Source: Stylophora pistillata
Lineage: Eukaryota
DNA: 64,000 nucleotides
Assembly: GCF_002571385.2 (NCBI RefSeq)
Contig: NW_019217977.1
Location: forward strand, 46,829-110,828
Direction: 5' to 3'
Shown here: piece by piece, positions 62,618 to 64,000 of the stretch
Layout of the letters: each line of letters begins with the position of its first letter
Numbering within the stretch: position 1 is the first letter of the stretch
The notes under the pieces: generated by a model
What the model was told of the DNA's origin: nothing
The model's input: only the letters and a program-made list of their open reading frames with translations
The model's database searches: none
Translations under genes and position numbers: made by a program

Positions 62618-64000
62618 CTGAAACCAAATGTTTATTTATCTAAAATGAATTCAACAATGGAAAAAAAAGATACTACCCTAAAGAATGTTAATGCTTTTAC
62701 TCCCTCGAGTGAAGGGAGGGGATTTCTGAAATGATACAATATTCAGCAGGACAACCATGAAGAAAAGAAAAATACTCCAGAACCCCACTAACTTGACCTC
62801 CCAAGGGAAACCAAGAATGGTTTGAGTTATCAGGATTGGAGTTAAGTTTCAATTATCCTGTTAATAATTAACAAGGATCTGAATTCAGGGCTTCTGATAG
62901 AATGCAATGGTGCAATTTCACACAATTGACCTCATATCGCATCCAATCAAACAATTCATGAAAAATCCCATAATTTGCAAAGAATTGTAAAAATTCCACA
63001 AGGTGAATGATAAATTAACTCTTTATCTCTAGTTAAAAATTCCCTTATTTGAATGTTGTTTCAACTGGATTTACCTTTGAAAAATTCTGAGAACATTCCC
63101 AGAACAGTGATATTGTAAATACAATCAAAGTCCAAGGCATTTCTGGCATGTGGTACTAGTTTTAAGATTATTTACATAGAAACTCACTTTAAATCTAAAT
63201 ATGTAGCCTTTGTAACGTGGACGCCATGTTGGACGTGCATGGCCAAAGTCTGGGTTGGGTAAGCCAACTAAGACCTTGGCCACTCGGAAAATAAGATGTC
63301 CTGGTTGAAGTTCAAATGACAAAAACAGTTTTGAGTGCAAAATAATTTCTGTTTTCCAAAGAGTAAAAAAGATGTTTTTTGTCTTAAAAACCTAATAAAA
63401 CAAGCTTAAAATAGCTAAAAAAAAAAACAAAAAAACACACACACACAATTTGCATAAAAAATTGCATAATCACTGATATTCGTTGCACAATTTGCTGAAA
63501 AATTGCACAATTTACATTTTTTTTATTGCACCCTATCAGATGGCCTGTGAATTGACATCAAACAGATTTTTGGAAAGAAGGATCAACTCAAACTGAGATA
63601 TTTTCTTTAGTAACTGGGAGAAATGTTAGGGGGATGACAGAAAGAAGTGCTAAGGAGGGGTAAGGAGTGGAATACAACTGAAGTTTGAGACGAAGTTGAG
63701 CTCACAACTCAACTACCTCTCAGAGATAACCCAACACTAAAATAACTTCTAACCAAACAACATTGACATTTGAAGTGATTTTAAGAATAACATCTGAAGA
63801 GACTTAAGATGCAAAAATCAGACTTCCCTTGTATTTGAAAAGGCAATTCAAGATGCTATTGGAAAGAGAATGTTTCACAGTCAATCAGAAGTCATTCCCA
63901 GTTTGTTATCTGTACAGCTTGTGAAGACAGGCAATGATGAGAAAAACAAAAAAAAAAAGGTTAAAAAAAAAAGGTAATTTAGGAAGGGGCCTGTTTTTCA

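Overview
Eukaryotic, intron-rich animal genomic DNA with several N-gaps. The repeat complement and gene set suggest a scleractinian coral or another anthozoan; this is inference and cannot be proven from the window. From left to right: (1) an intronless, bacterial-type ParA/MinD-family ATPase (131-1234, minus) broken by one in-frame TGA, with a truncated Ty3/gypsy LTR element (5-bp TSD, PPT, nested LINE tail) 73 bp upstream of its ATG. (2) A 6-exon ankyrin-repeat plus SOCS-box gene (6885-12236, plus). (3) A tandem cluster of three genes built only from transcobalamin beta-domain (DUF4430-like, cobalamin-binding fold) modules: two with signal peptide, two domains and a GPI-like tail, and one single-domain form with no obvious leader or tail (13684-33038, minus). 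(4) A decayed intronless ORF between 75-bp direct repeats. (5) A tandem array of three intronless genes joining an unrecognised, variable N-terminal domain to a TIR domain that keeps the catalytic Glu: one intact, one truncated, one pseudogene (36232-43433, minus). (6) XXYLT1 and MRPS22 head-to-head. (7) The 3' part of a death-domain TNF-receptor-family gene. Interspersed are tRNA-derived SINEs, LINE fragments, MITEs and Penelope-type inverted repeats with hammerhead-like motifs. The best candidates for undescribed systems are the beta-domain-only putative B12-capture cluster, the variable sensor-TIR array and the ParA gene. All exon models were built by hand from GT/AG sites and reading phase; no database searches were run.
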